In this document: positions 21,701-28,840 of the stretch, piece after piece
Layout: each line of letters starts with the position of its first letter
Numbering within the stretch: position 1 is the stretch's first letter
IMG/VR virus record: IMGVR_UViG_3300027672_001796
Length of the DNA: 64,000 nt
Strand: one strand, 5' to 3'
Origin: a virus
Lineage: Duplodnaviria; Caudoviricetes
Made by a program: the position numbers and the translations under genes
The notes under the pieces: model-generated
What the model was told of the DNA's origin: nothing
The model's database searches: none
Seen by the model: the letters and a program-made list of their open reading frames with translations, nothing else

Positions 21701-22160
21701 TTCTTCAAACAATGCATTAAACTTAGGATCAAGTGGACTTAAATATGCAAATGTTTACGCAACTACATTCCAAGGTAATGCAACTTCGGCGCAGTATGCG
21801 GATTTGGCTGAGAAATACGAAAGTGATGCAGAACTAGAAGCAGGCACAGTTGTTATGTTTGGTGGTGATAAAGAAGTTACAGCATGTGATAGTGAAAACT
21901 GTCATGCAGTAGCAGGTGTTATCAGTACTGATCCAGCTTATATGATGAACGCAGGAGCAGAAGGTCAATTTGTAGCATTAACAGGAAGAGTACCTACTAA
22001 GGTTACTGGTCCAGTTGCTAAAGGTGACTTAATGGTTTCCGCAGGTAACGGTATGGCTAAGGCTAATAACGATGCACAGGCAGGAAGAATGATTGGTAAA
22101 GCAGTTGGTTCTTCAGAAGGCGGAGAAGCTGTTATAGAAGTACTTGTTAACTTGATGTAA
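18759..22160 (+). CDS. fibre protein 2 with Mtd-N-like N-terminal domain
   Basis: N-terminal IQWRRGTTTQHSSFTGLAGEITVDTD, seven NLY/NEY repeat units, and the same C-terminal YADLAE domain as fibre 1; late promoter at 18674-18681. Confidence 0.85.
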   Translation: MATAIQWRRGTTTQHSSFTGLAGEITVDTDLNTVIVHDGSTAGGHRIAKYTEVTSAAAGDISSVVAGAGLTGGATTGDATINVIAGGGITVSADAVSLNASSGTFTTGVQTFLAGGTLAGHIIPSADVTYDLGSSSKQWRDVYVGPGSLYINGQQVLQDNSGTIQISADANQNVGIVTSGSGDVELNASGTGVINIQSAITVDAGQTLTGTGGLTMASNINLNSNSVNNLPAPGHAGDATNKTYVDGATYLTGGTGITNSSGTFAIDATVITTTGTQTISGNKTFSGTTTVSGTLNSSGAQLNIADNLITLNSDATGTPSEDVGLIVERGDSTNVQFKWIEAADEWSFTNDGSAYQGLVGHADFSAVTSGDGSLSYNSSTGAYTYTGPTAANVRAHLSAGTGMSFSGGAFATTITQYTDALAKASITVNDAGGDGSLAISNGVITYTGPSAAEAEAQINAHLSGGTGITYTDGAISVDATVVSTSGTQTVAGAKTFSDNMIISGNLTVNGTQTIVNTETLTIDDNMIVLNNNEAGTPSEDSGIEIERGTSTNVKLQWKEASDRWEMFDGSSTYPLARTTADLTESGNLYYTDARANARVAAATGANLDLSSKDTGDLSESGNLYYTDARADARIAAADTGDLSEGSNEYFTTARARASISEGSTELAYNSTTGVLTFTQGSTSGVSEGSNLYYTDARADARIANASTSNLSEGTNLYHTTERVQDIAGAMFTANTESGITVTYDDADGTIDLTTSIAGFSTSNLSEGSNLYHTTARARASINGGTGITYNASTGAISLTDTGYVTGVTAGTGLSGGGTSGTVTLNVSGITVAELDGGAVQISSESFADNNTTLMTSAAIQDKIEAYGYSTTTGDITGVTAGAGLTGGATSGSADLAIGAGTGITVNANDIAVTLTPFSTSNLSEGTNLYYTSARADARVSAVVTNAFVDALNVDADTLDDLTSSQFLRSDANDSHSGTITPSSNNALNLGSSGLKYANVYATTFQGNATSAQYADLAEKYESDAELEAGTVVMFGGDKEVTACDSENCHAVAGVISTDPAYMMNAGAEGQFVALTGRVPTKVTGPVAKGDLMVSAGNGMAKANNDAQAGRMIGKAVGSSEGGEAVIEVLVNLM

Positions 22161-22175
22161 GAGTTTACAAACAAT

Positions 22176-22206
22176 AAAAAAGGGAGTTTTTTAACTCCCT
22201 TTTTTT
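22176..22206. terminator. bidirectional intrinsic terminator
   Basis: A-run, AGGGAGTT-TTTT-AACTCCCT, T-run, between convergent genes. Confidence 0.9.
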
Positions 22207-22210
22207 GTGA

Positions 22211-22345
22211 TTAAAGCTTCTGACTTTGATTCATGACATGCCAGATATTTCCTGACTTCATGTATTTGTCAAATTCTTTAGAAAGATTGGTAACCGATGT
22301 TCCGAACTTGGATAACATGGCTACTATTCCTGTTGGATTCGCCAT
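22211..22345 (-). CDS. 44-aa microprotein (not in ORF track)
   Basis: MANPTGIVAMLSKFGTSVTNLSKEFDKYMKSGNIWHVMNQSQKL*; SD AGGAGA 5 nt upstream; ends at the bidirectional terminator. Confidence 0.65.
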   Translation of the reverse strand: MANPTGIVAMLSKFGTSVTNLSKEFDKYMKSGNIWHVMNQSQKL

Positions 22346-22412
22346 ACTTTTCTCCTAAAATGTGATAACAAACTTTAACTTACTTGTCGTAACTTCATCC
22401 TATAGTAGGAAC

Positions 22413-22452
22413 TGTTACAATCAATCTACAAGTATGTTACAATTGTGTTACA
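22413..22452. promoter_or_regulatory. 11-bp-periodic direct-repeat array, candidate OmpR/PhoB-family operator
   Basis: TGTTACA at 22413, 22435 and 22446, plus degenerate ATCTACA at 22424; a further TGTTACA at 22511. Confidence 0.5.
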
Positions 22453-22535
22453 GAATGTATTTATACAAACGAGTATTTTTACCAGGAAATATGTGATATT
22501 GCATAACAGTTGTTACATAGAAACTAAACCCAAAC

Positions 22536-22543
22536 GATAAATA
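22536..22543 (+). promoter_or_regulatory. late promoter of the curli-like operon
   Basis: GATAAATA upstream of 22606. Confidence 0.65.
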
Positions 22544-22605
22544 GTAACGAGTAGACAGTAACACACACACTTAAAGTAGCAACCCTTAAAAGGTGTGTAT
22601 ATAAT

Positions 22606-22902
22606 ATGGAAGAAATATTTGGATTGATCGCTGAAGTAGGAGCCCCCATCGCCGGAAGTCTAGTAATGGGATTCTTTATCTTTATGGTAATAAAACAAAT
22701 TCTCGAGGGTGTTGTAGACCAGGTCAAAACTTTGACTATGTTTTGCACATCACTAGAAGCGAGAGCAAGTACTATGAGTAACGAAATGTTAAAAATAGAC
22801 TTGCTAGTTAGCAGTGCCTTAGACCTCAGACCTGACATAGATCGAGTTTCGAGAGCAGATAATTTTGTCGAAGATGGCAAAGTGGATGCTAGGAGAGACT
22901 AA
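22606..22902 (+). CDS. small single-pass membrane protein with coiled coil (paralog 1)
   Basis: N-terminal TM segment (GAPIAGSLVMGFFIFMVI) then an amphipathic helix; TAATG-coupled to the next gene. Confidence 0.7.
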   Translation: MEEIFGLIAEVGAPIAGSLVMGFFIFMVIKQILEGVVDQVKTLTMFCTSLEARASTMSNEMLKIDLLVSSALDLRPDIDRVSRADNFVEDGKVDARRD

Positions 22903-23201
22903 TGGATATTGCACAGGCGATTAATGACTTTGGATTTCCAATCGTGTTATGCGTTGGACTCGGTTACTTTATATATTATATATGGTGGTTTATTGGAGAA
23001 AAGATAGATCCCGCTCTTGGCGACATGCATATAGCACTAATCAGAGTAATAGATAAAATGCGTAGATTAGACCAAGATTTAATTAGGCTACAACAGAAAG
23101 TTGATGTTGTGTTAGAATACAGAGCTAGACAACAAGTGCTAGACAATGCAGAACAAGAAACTGCATTAAAAACATTAAAACAAAAGCAAACAGGAAAGTA
23201 A
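22902..23201 (+). CDS. small single-pass membrane protein with coiled coil (paralog 2, YvrJ-like GFPI motif)
   Basis: INDFGFPIVLCVGLGYFIYYIWW then a coiled coil; same layout as the preceding gene. Confidence 0.7.
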   Translation: MDIAQAINDFGFPIVLCVGLGYFIYYIWWFIGEKIDPALGDMHIALIRVIDKMRRLDQDLIRLQQKVDVVLEYRARQQVLDNAEQETALKTLKQKQTGK

Positions 23202-23202
23202 A

Positions 23203-23718
23203 ATGAAAATTACAGGTACACACTTAGGTATGTTGGTTATGGTCGGATATTTTATAATGTCTTTGGCTAATAGTGACCTTTATGCCGATGAACTAAAGTT
23301 TAAGTTCAAGTCTCCGTCATTTTCTGGTAACGGGACAGGAGCACATTATTTAACAATTGAGAACCAGGAGAAGTCACGAAAAGATAAGATTAAAGAAGAC
23401 ATAGAATCTGCGTTAAAACGAGCAGAACGTGACAATGATAATTCGACAATTAATAAATTTATTAGAAATTTGGAGAGTAGAATTTATTCACAAATTTCTA
23501 AAGGATTAGTCGACAGCATGTTTTGTGATCCAGCAGTAGTTATTGCATGTACAAATTCAGATTCAGGTAGTTTTGAAATTGAAGGAAATACTGTTACATA
23601 CATTAAAACAGTTAATGAAGATGGGCTATCTATTATTAGAATGACTATTGTTGACCCTGACGGAACAATAACAACTATTGAGATTCCAATTGGAATCGGC
23701 AACATTGGCGGCGGTTAA
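23203..23718 (+). CDS. csgF: curli assembly component CsgF-like
   Basis: Signal peptide, mature ELKFKFKSPSFSG, FIRNLESRIYSQIS; immediately upstream of csgG. Confidence 0.85.
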   Translation: MKITGTHLGMLVMVGYFIMSLANSDLYADELKFKFKSPSFSGNGTGAHYLTIENQEKSRKDKIKEDIESALKRAERDNDNSTINKFIRNLESRIYSQISKGLVDSMFCDPAVVIACTNSDSGSFEIEGNTVTYIKTVNEDGLSIIRMTIVDPDGTITTIEIPIGIGNIGGG

Positions 23719-24728
23719 TGAAACTGTCTAATTACATACTGTTCTTTGTCGGCGCAATGTACTTAACTGGGTGTGCTAGTATATCTATACCCGGTGATAC
23801 AGCATGTAATACGGACTTTCTCGAATGCGTAGAAGAGCCGAAGCAAGTAGAATTACCCACATATCGAAAATTACGATATTTACCACCTAGCGAAACAATG
23901 CCAGTGGTAGCTGTTTATCAGTTTACTGACCAAACAGGACAAAGAAAAAGTCAAGATGGTGTCGCTAGTTTTAGTACAGCGGTCACACAGGATCCGAAGA
24001 GCATATTGATTGACGCCTTGAAGGCGGCAGGTGCTCACGAAAACCCAAAAGGAACATGGTTCCGGGTAGTTGAACGGGGTCTTGGCTTAGATAACTTAGT
24101 GAGGGAAAGGCAGATAGTTCGTAGTACACGCGAACAATATCAGACTGAAGAAAAACCTCAACAAGCAGTACAGCCATTGTTATTTGCTGGTATGATACTC
24201 GAAGGAGGTGTTGTAGGTTATGACACTAATGTAGAGACTGGCGGTAATGGTGCAAGGTACTTAGGTATTGGTACTACAAACCAATATAGAAGAGATAGTG
24301 TTACTATATCACTTAGAGCAGTAAGTACGCTCACCGGTGAAGTAATACTGAATGTACAGACATACAAAACTATCCTTAGTACAGGAATGGCAGGAGACGT
24401 ATTCAAATTTTTAGACATGGATACACGATTGCTTGAATTGGAAAGTGGCATGACACAGAACGAGAGCGTAACTTATGCAGTCCGGTCGGCGATTGAAGCC
24501 GCAGTATTGGCATTGATACAACAAGGTGATGAAAGAGGATATTGGAAAATTGTGTATCCGGAGAATTGGCAAGAAGAAGTAGATCAGCAAGAACGAGCTT
24601 ACTGGATGAAAGTCAATAATCAAGAAATTTTGGATACAAATGTAGACGAGAAGCCTACGTCATCACAGAATACTTTTTGGAAAAAAATATTACTAAAAAG
24701 TGAACCCATTAATGGAGAAGAAAAATGA
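23718..24728 (+). CDS. csgG: curli secretion channel CsgG lipoprotein
   Basis: Lipobox LTGC; VAVYQFTDQTGQRK, FSTAVTQ, WFRVVER...LDNLVRERQIVR, LEGGVVGYD, GARYLGIG, YRRDSVTISLRAVSTLTGEV. Confidence 0.95.
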   Translation: MKLSNYILFFVGAMYLTGCASISIPGDTACNTDFLECVEEPKQVELPTYRKLRYLPPSETMPVVAVYQFTDQTGQRKSQDGVASFSTAVTQDPKSILIDALKAAGAHENPKGTWFRVVERGLGLDNLVRERQIVRSTREQYQTEEKPQQAVQPLLFAGMILEGGVVGYDTNVETGGNGARYLGIGTTNQYRRDSVTISLRAVSTLTGEVILNVQTYKTILSTGMAGDVFKFLDMDTRLLELESGMTQNESVTYAVRSAIEAAVLALIQQGDERGYWKIVYPENWQEEVDQQERAYWMKVNNQEILDTNVDEKPTSSQNTFWKKILLKSEPINGEEK

Positions 24729-25555
24729 AGACAAACGTAATAAAGAAATTTACACTACAAGTCTTCGCTATAGTAAGTGTAATAATAGGAAGTCAGGCTC
24801 TAGGTGCAACGGATAACGAAGTACTACTAGACCAAGAAGGTGACAACTTAATATTAACAATATTACAAGCTGGTAACAGTAACAGAGTTTCTGGAGTGGC
24901 CTCAGGGTCAGGAGATTTAGTTGTAACTGGTAACAGTTTGATAATTGATATCATACAAGACGGTAACACAAATAAGTTTTTTGGAGACTTAATATTTGAT
25001 GGATCCGGAAGTTCAGTAATGGACTTTTATCAATTAGGTGATAGTAACGTCTGGGATTTACAGATCGGTGCTAACTCTAATAGTGCAGATAATACAGACA
25101 TGCTAGTAGACATTCAGGGCGACGGCAACACATTTGATGTTGGCATAGCTCACAGTGCCGCGGCGGAAAGCACTAACTTTGATTTAGATATACTTGGTTC
25201 TAGGAACAATTTTACTGCAAGTTTCAACAATACTACAGCTTGGGCATCAGCATCAGGCAATAACGCTGTTGGCGGAATTAAAAGTACTGGAACTGGCACA
25301 TCTGCTTTAGCAGGTATTACAATTGATACTAGTAACGTTGTATGGAATATGGAAATTATAGGAGACGACAACAAATTTGCTACTAAACAAAGTGGTAACG
25401 GTGGTCATTCCTTAACAGTAGTCTTAGACGGCAGTGATGGTGATTTTCAATTCATACAGGACATGACAGCAACATGTAGTCCAACGTGTGAAGGTATAAT
25501 TAACATAAATCTAAATAGCGAAAATGCATCAGTTCTTATTAAACAGACTGATTAA
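24725..25555 (+). CDS. curlin-repeat protein 1 (CsgA/CsgB-like)
   Basis: Signal peptide; repeated Q-x-G-x-x-N beta-arc units (ILQAGNSNRV, IIQDGNTNKF, FYQLGDSNVW, DIQGDGNTF). Confidence 0.75.
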   Translation: MKTNVIKKFTLQVFAIVSVIIGSQALGATDNEVLLDQEGDNLILTILQAGNSNRVSGVASGSGDLVVTGNSLIIDIIQDGNTNKFFGDLIFDGSGSSVMDFYQLGDSNVWDLQIGANSNSADNTDMLVDIQGDGNTFDVGIAHSAAAESTNFDLDILGSRNNFTASFNNTTAWASASGNNAVGGIKSTGTGTSALAGITIDTSNVVWNMEIIGDDNKFATKQSGNGGHSLTVVLDGSDGDFQFIQDMTATCSPTCEGIININLNSENASVLIKQTD

Positions 25556-26696
25556 CATAACAGCAGTATTAGTACTGTTGCTTACACCAAATCTGAGTGC
25601 CGCTGAGAGCATCGGCGGCATTATTGAACAAAGTGGAGCAACTGGAAGTATTGTAAGGTTGTCAGGCGAAGAACTGGCGGCTAATATTTTAGCCAATATT
25701 GTAAGTTATGATGAAGTAGAAACAACAAATGGGAGACTAAAAATTGAGTTTCTCGACAAAACCCAGGTTAGTCTAACAGAACACACTTACATGGAAATAG
25801 ACGAATATGTATTCGACCCAGATCCAAGTAAAAGCAAGATGGCATTAAATTTTGTACAAGGAACAGCTAGGTTTGCCACGGGCAGTTTAGGTCTCGTAGC
25901 AAAAGAAAATATAACAATCCTGACCCCTACCGCAAGTATAGGGATTAGAGGAACCGATTTTACTACCACAGTCGATGAACTGGGTAGGAGTCTAGTGATA
26001 TTATTACCGGACGAAGACTGTACTAATACAGTAGCATTAGAAGAAGGGTGTGCTCCAAGTGGTAGCATAACGGTAACAAATCAAGGCGGCACAGTAATAT
26101 TAGATGAAGCCTACCAGGCAGTAATGGTAAGCACATTTGAAACAAGCCCTACACAGCCTGTTGTGTTGGTTGATTTAGATTTAAATATGATAGATAATAT
26201 GTTTATTGTAGCAGAACCAAAACAGATTACAGAAGCAAAAGAAGAACAAGTACAAGAATTAAAAGGCGACAACGGATTATTAGACTTTGATGGCTTAGAT
26301 GCAAATGCAATTGAGCAAGATGTTTTAGCAGATACAACAGAAGATTTAGACTACACGGAATTGGATATAGATTTATTAAATGTAGACTTCCTAGTAGACT
26401 TATTAGACATTGTAGAAAAAACTACTAGTGGATTAGATGAAAAAGGCGGAGACTCAGGCAGTGGCGATAATAAATTAATAGGTGCTGTATACGGAACCAA
26501 TCCTGGAAATCAATTTAATATTATTCCAGACTTAGATGGCAAAGTATTTTTTCTCAGGCAAGTAAGCAATAAAATTAGTATTAAATTACGAAAAGGTTCT
26601 GTCGCACAGCTAGATATAAAAGACGGAGATTTAGGAGACACTATTATATGTTTAAGTAGTTGTGAAAACATATTAATAAGTATAACACAAGAATGA
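25524..26696 (+). CDS. secreted FecR-domain protein with acidic linker and curlin-like C-terminal tail
   Basis: Cleavable signal peptide; DEVETTNGRLKIEFLDKTQVSL, TPTASIGIRGTDF (FecR domain); ends IICLSSCENILISITQE. Confidence 0.8.
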   Translation: MHQFLLNRLINITAVLVLLLTPNLSAAESIGGIIEQSGATGSIVRLSGEELAANILANIVSYDEVETTNGRLKIEFLDKTQVSLTEHTYMEIDEYVFDPDPSKSKMALNFVQGTARFATGSLGLVAKENITILTPTASIGIRGTDFTTTVDELGRSLVILLPDEDCTNTVALEEGCAPSGSITVTNQGGTVILDEAYQAVMVSTFETSPTQPVVLVDLDLNMIDNMFIVAEPKQITEAKEEQVQELKGDNGLLDFDGLDANAIEQDVLADTTEDLDYTELDIDLLNVDFLVDLLDIVEKTTSGLDEKGGDSGSGDNKLIGAVYGTNPGNQFNIIPDLDGKVFFLRQVSNKISIKLRKGSVAQLDIKDGDLGDTIICLSSCENILISITQE

Positions 26697-27634
26697 ATAT
26701 AGAAAAAAAATTAAATGACATGAAGCCAAAAGATACTCCTCTGTTAGTATTAGGATATATCTTATTGGGTATGATGCTATTATTACCAGCAACAGCAAAA
26801 GCAGACAATGAAGTGGTGCTAGATCAGGAAGGTGATAATGTGGTTGTAGATATAATGCAAGCCGGCGCTATTAATAAAATAGATATAGTACTAGGATTGA
26901 ATAATAATACTAACAATACACTTAAAATAGGCCAAGGACACTCCGAGGGCGCCGAAAGTAACAACGTGTTTTTTAGTGTTGATGGCACCCACAACACTAT
27001 GCAAATAGAACAGCATGGCAGTAATAACGAAGTTGGCTGGACTAATGCCTGGGGCACTGGTATTGGGTTTGGCGGCGACTTAGACGGAAATAGTAATCAG
27101 ATATACTTCCATCAAAATTGTACTCGTGGCGCAAGTTGTGGCAAATCAGATATAGGATTTCATATCAAAGGAAATTCTAATACAGTTCGATATGGTCAAG
27201 GAGTTTGGTTTGGTTCTGGCGGCAGTATATCGAGTACCACATTTTACGATGATGGCGACGAGGGCGGAAACCATACAGCAACGTTAGACATTCACGGTAA
27301 CAATAATACTCTTGTTGGAATGCAAAGAAACGGTAGTCTTGATACTTATGATGGTCATACTGCAAATTTATACTTGTATGCAGATGACAACACACTTTAT
27401 GTCAATCAACAAACAGATGGAGCAAAGACATTAAATTATTCCTCTTACGTTGATGGTACCGTTGGTAGTATAACTCAACACAGTAATGGTGCTCACACAG
27501 CCACAATAGTGTTGAACGGAACACAACCTAGTAATCTGACGCTATTACAAAGCTCGAATTCAGCAAAGTCATACTCACTTACTCAGACGTGCCACACAGT
27601 TGGCGGCTGTTCTATAAGTGTAACCCAAGACTAA
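26693..27634 (+). CDS. curlin-repeat protein 2 (CsgA/CsgB-like)
   Basis: Signal peptide ending AKA; IMQAGAINKI, IEQHGSNNEV, HIKGNSNTV, DIHGNNNTL repeats; mature N-terminus nearly identical to curlin 1. Confidence 0.75.
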   Translation: MNIEKKLNDMKPKDTPLLVLGYILLGMMLLLPATAKADNEVVLDQEGDNVVVDIMQAGAINKIDIVLGLNNNTNNTLKIGQGHSEGAESNNVFFSVDGTHNTMQIEQHGSNNEVGWTNAWGTGIGFGGDLDGNSNQIYFHQNCTRGASCGKSDIGFHIKGNSNTVRYGQGVWFGSGGSISSTTFYDDGDEGGNHTATLDIHGNNNTLVGMQRNGSLDTYDGHTANLYLYADDNTLYVNQQTDGAKTLNYSSYVDGTVGSITQHSNGAHTATIVLNGTQPSNLTLLQSSNSAKSYSLTQTCHTVGGCSISVTQD

Positions 27635-27640
27635 TAAAGG

Positions 27641-27669
27641 TTGACAAGTCGTTAAATAATTGCTATAAT
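27641..27669 (+). promoter_or_regulatory. sigma70-type promoter
   Basis: TTGACA-17 nt-TATAAT with extended TG; ATG at 27677 lies 7 nt downstream. Confidence 0.85.
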
Positions 27670-27676
27670 TAACGCT

Positions 27677-27877
27677 ATGAGACACATGATCAAGTGGTTG
27701 AAGATATCAGCTGGTATAAACATATACCTTAGCTTCATACTAACATTAGTATTAGTAGCACTTATGGTGGATATCGGTTTAGATAGTTATTGGCATGGCG
27801 CAGACTTCAAAAACAGTATTATAGAAGAACTGCACAAAGCACAGAATAATCAACTAGATGAAAACCACACAGGCTAA
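27677..27877 (+). CDS. small membrane protein
   Basis: 66 aa with one TM segment (INIYLSFILTLVLVALMV). Confidence 0.55.
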   Translation: MRHMIKWLKISAGINIYLSFILTLVLVALMVDIGLDSYWHGADFKNSIIEELHKAQNNQLDENHTG

Positions 27878-28196
27878 ACTCGCCACTGCGATTTCTAAAT
27901 ATAAGAAATCTACACAGTTATTACTCACGATTGTAGCAATTCCACATTTAGTTATAATCTCTTTGATGTTCCCTATGCTAACAGTAACCATTATGGCAAC
28001 ATTTATGCTGACTGGATTAATGTATGCTTGGTGTGAACTGATATACCAAATAGAAAATTCCCAAAGAAGTCAATTAATGTTCCTCATACAAACAACCACA
28101 AACGAACACACTAGACAAATACTGCGTATGGAACTTTGGGAAATTGAAAAACACAACGGACTTTCAGGCACGTTTGACCCATACCACATCATTTAA
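27858..28196 (+). CDS. membrane protein, two TM segments
   Basis: 112 aa with a hydrophobic hairpin at aa 21-60. Confidence 0.55.
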   Translation: MKTTQAKLATAISKYKKSTQLLLTIVAIPHLVIISLMFPMLTVTIMATFMLTGLMYAWCELIYQIENSQRSQLMFLIQTTTNEHTRQILRMELWEIEKHNGLSGTFDPYHII

Positions 28197-28258
28197 TTAG
28201 ATAAATACTATATGTAATAATAGCAGATGGCTTTATTACCTTATATAAGGAGACGGAT

Positions 28259-28537
28259 ATGAATAATTTAGTATCTTTTTTCGGTTTAATTCTTTTATCA
28301 AGCATCGTAGGATGTGCCTCAGTTAGTGGCGCCTGGAATGCTGGTACAGAGATTGTCACAGGAACAGTTGACTCTGTTGTGGGCGGAGCCGCCACAATGG
28401 CAGTAGCGATTACTGATGATGTTCGAAACATTGCAGACGTAACTATTGACACAGCACAAGGTGTTGTTAAAACAGTTGCAGAAAATGTTGATAAACAAAC
28501 TGATGAATTACAAAAAGACAAAGAGCCGGGAAAGTAG
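28259..28537 (+). CDS. small lipoprotein (entericidin-like amphipathic), short form
   Basis: Lipobox IVG-C at aa 19; late promoter at 28200-28207; SD AAGGAG; ends in G-GGA-AAG-TAG. Confidence 0.8.
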   Translation: MNNLVSFFGLILLSSIVGCASVSGAWNAGTEIVTGTVDSVVGGAATMAVAITDDVRNIADVTIDTAQGVVKTVAENVDKQTDELQKDKEPGK

Positions 28538-28662
28538 GTAACTTTTCTCTTTTCAGAAAAGAAAAGGAAAAGCAACTCACAGCACAGGAATTAGTCTTAC
28601 TTTTCAAACAGAACCAAGAGAAGTTAGAAAAATACTGTACAACTAACCCAAAGGAATGTTAG
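28528..28662 (+). CDS. -1 frameshift extension of the lipoprotein (long form about 134 aa)
   Basis: GKVGNFSLFRKEKEKQLTAQELVLLFKQNQEKLEKYCTTNPKEC*; no ATG/GTG/TTG in frame; slippery GGGAAAG at 28528-28534 and a hairpin at 28542-28572. Confidence 0.65.
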   Translation, partial: GKVGNFSLFRKEKEKQLTAQELVLLFKQNQEKLEKYCTTNPKEC

Positions 28663-28707
28663 CAATAATCGATAGATAGACGATTAGATGCGATAAATGT
28701 TAGCACT

Positions 28708-28732
28708 AAAGCACTCGCAAGAGTGCTTTTTT
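28708..28732 (+). terminator. intrinsic terminator downstream of the frameshift extension
   Basis: AAAGCACTC-GCAA-GAGTGCTTT plus T run. Confidence 0.9.
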
Positions 28733-28840
28733 GTTTTTTAAACGATAAATACTTGTACATAATAACACAGGGTTTACTTATTACACAACACACCCACACA
28801 TAACTGTCCCACTAAAACACAGTACCCTAAAGGAGAAAAA

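Noticed and set aside
18759-22160. Diversity-generating retroelement, suggested by the Mtd-N-like domain and two similar fibre C-termini
   Set aside because: No reverse transcriptase in the window. The two C-termini differ at all base types rather than only at adenines, and neither looks like a C-type lectin variable region.
22486-22510. CRP site (TGTGA-N6-TCACA) that would tie the cyclase to the curli promoter
   Set aside because: Only half-sites are present (TGTGA at about 22492 and 22371); the second half has the wrong spacing or sequence.
28668-28700. Three imperfect CGAT(T)A(G/A)AT copies after the lipoprotein extension
   Set aside because: Too short and degenerate to distinguish from chance or from a decayed late promoter (GATAAATG).
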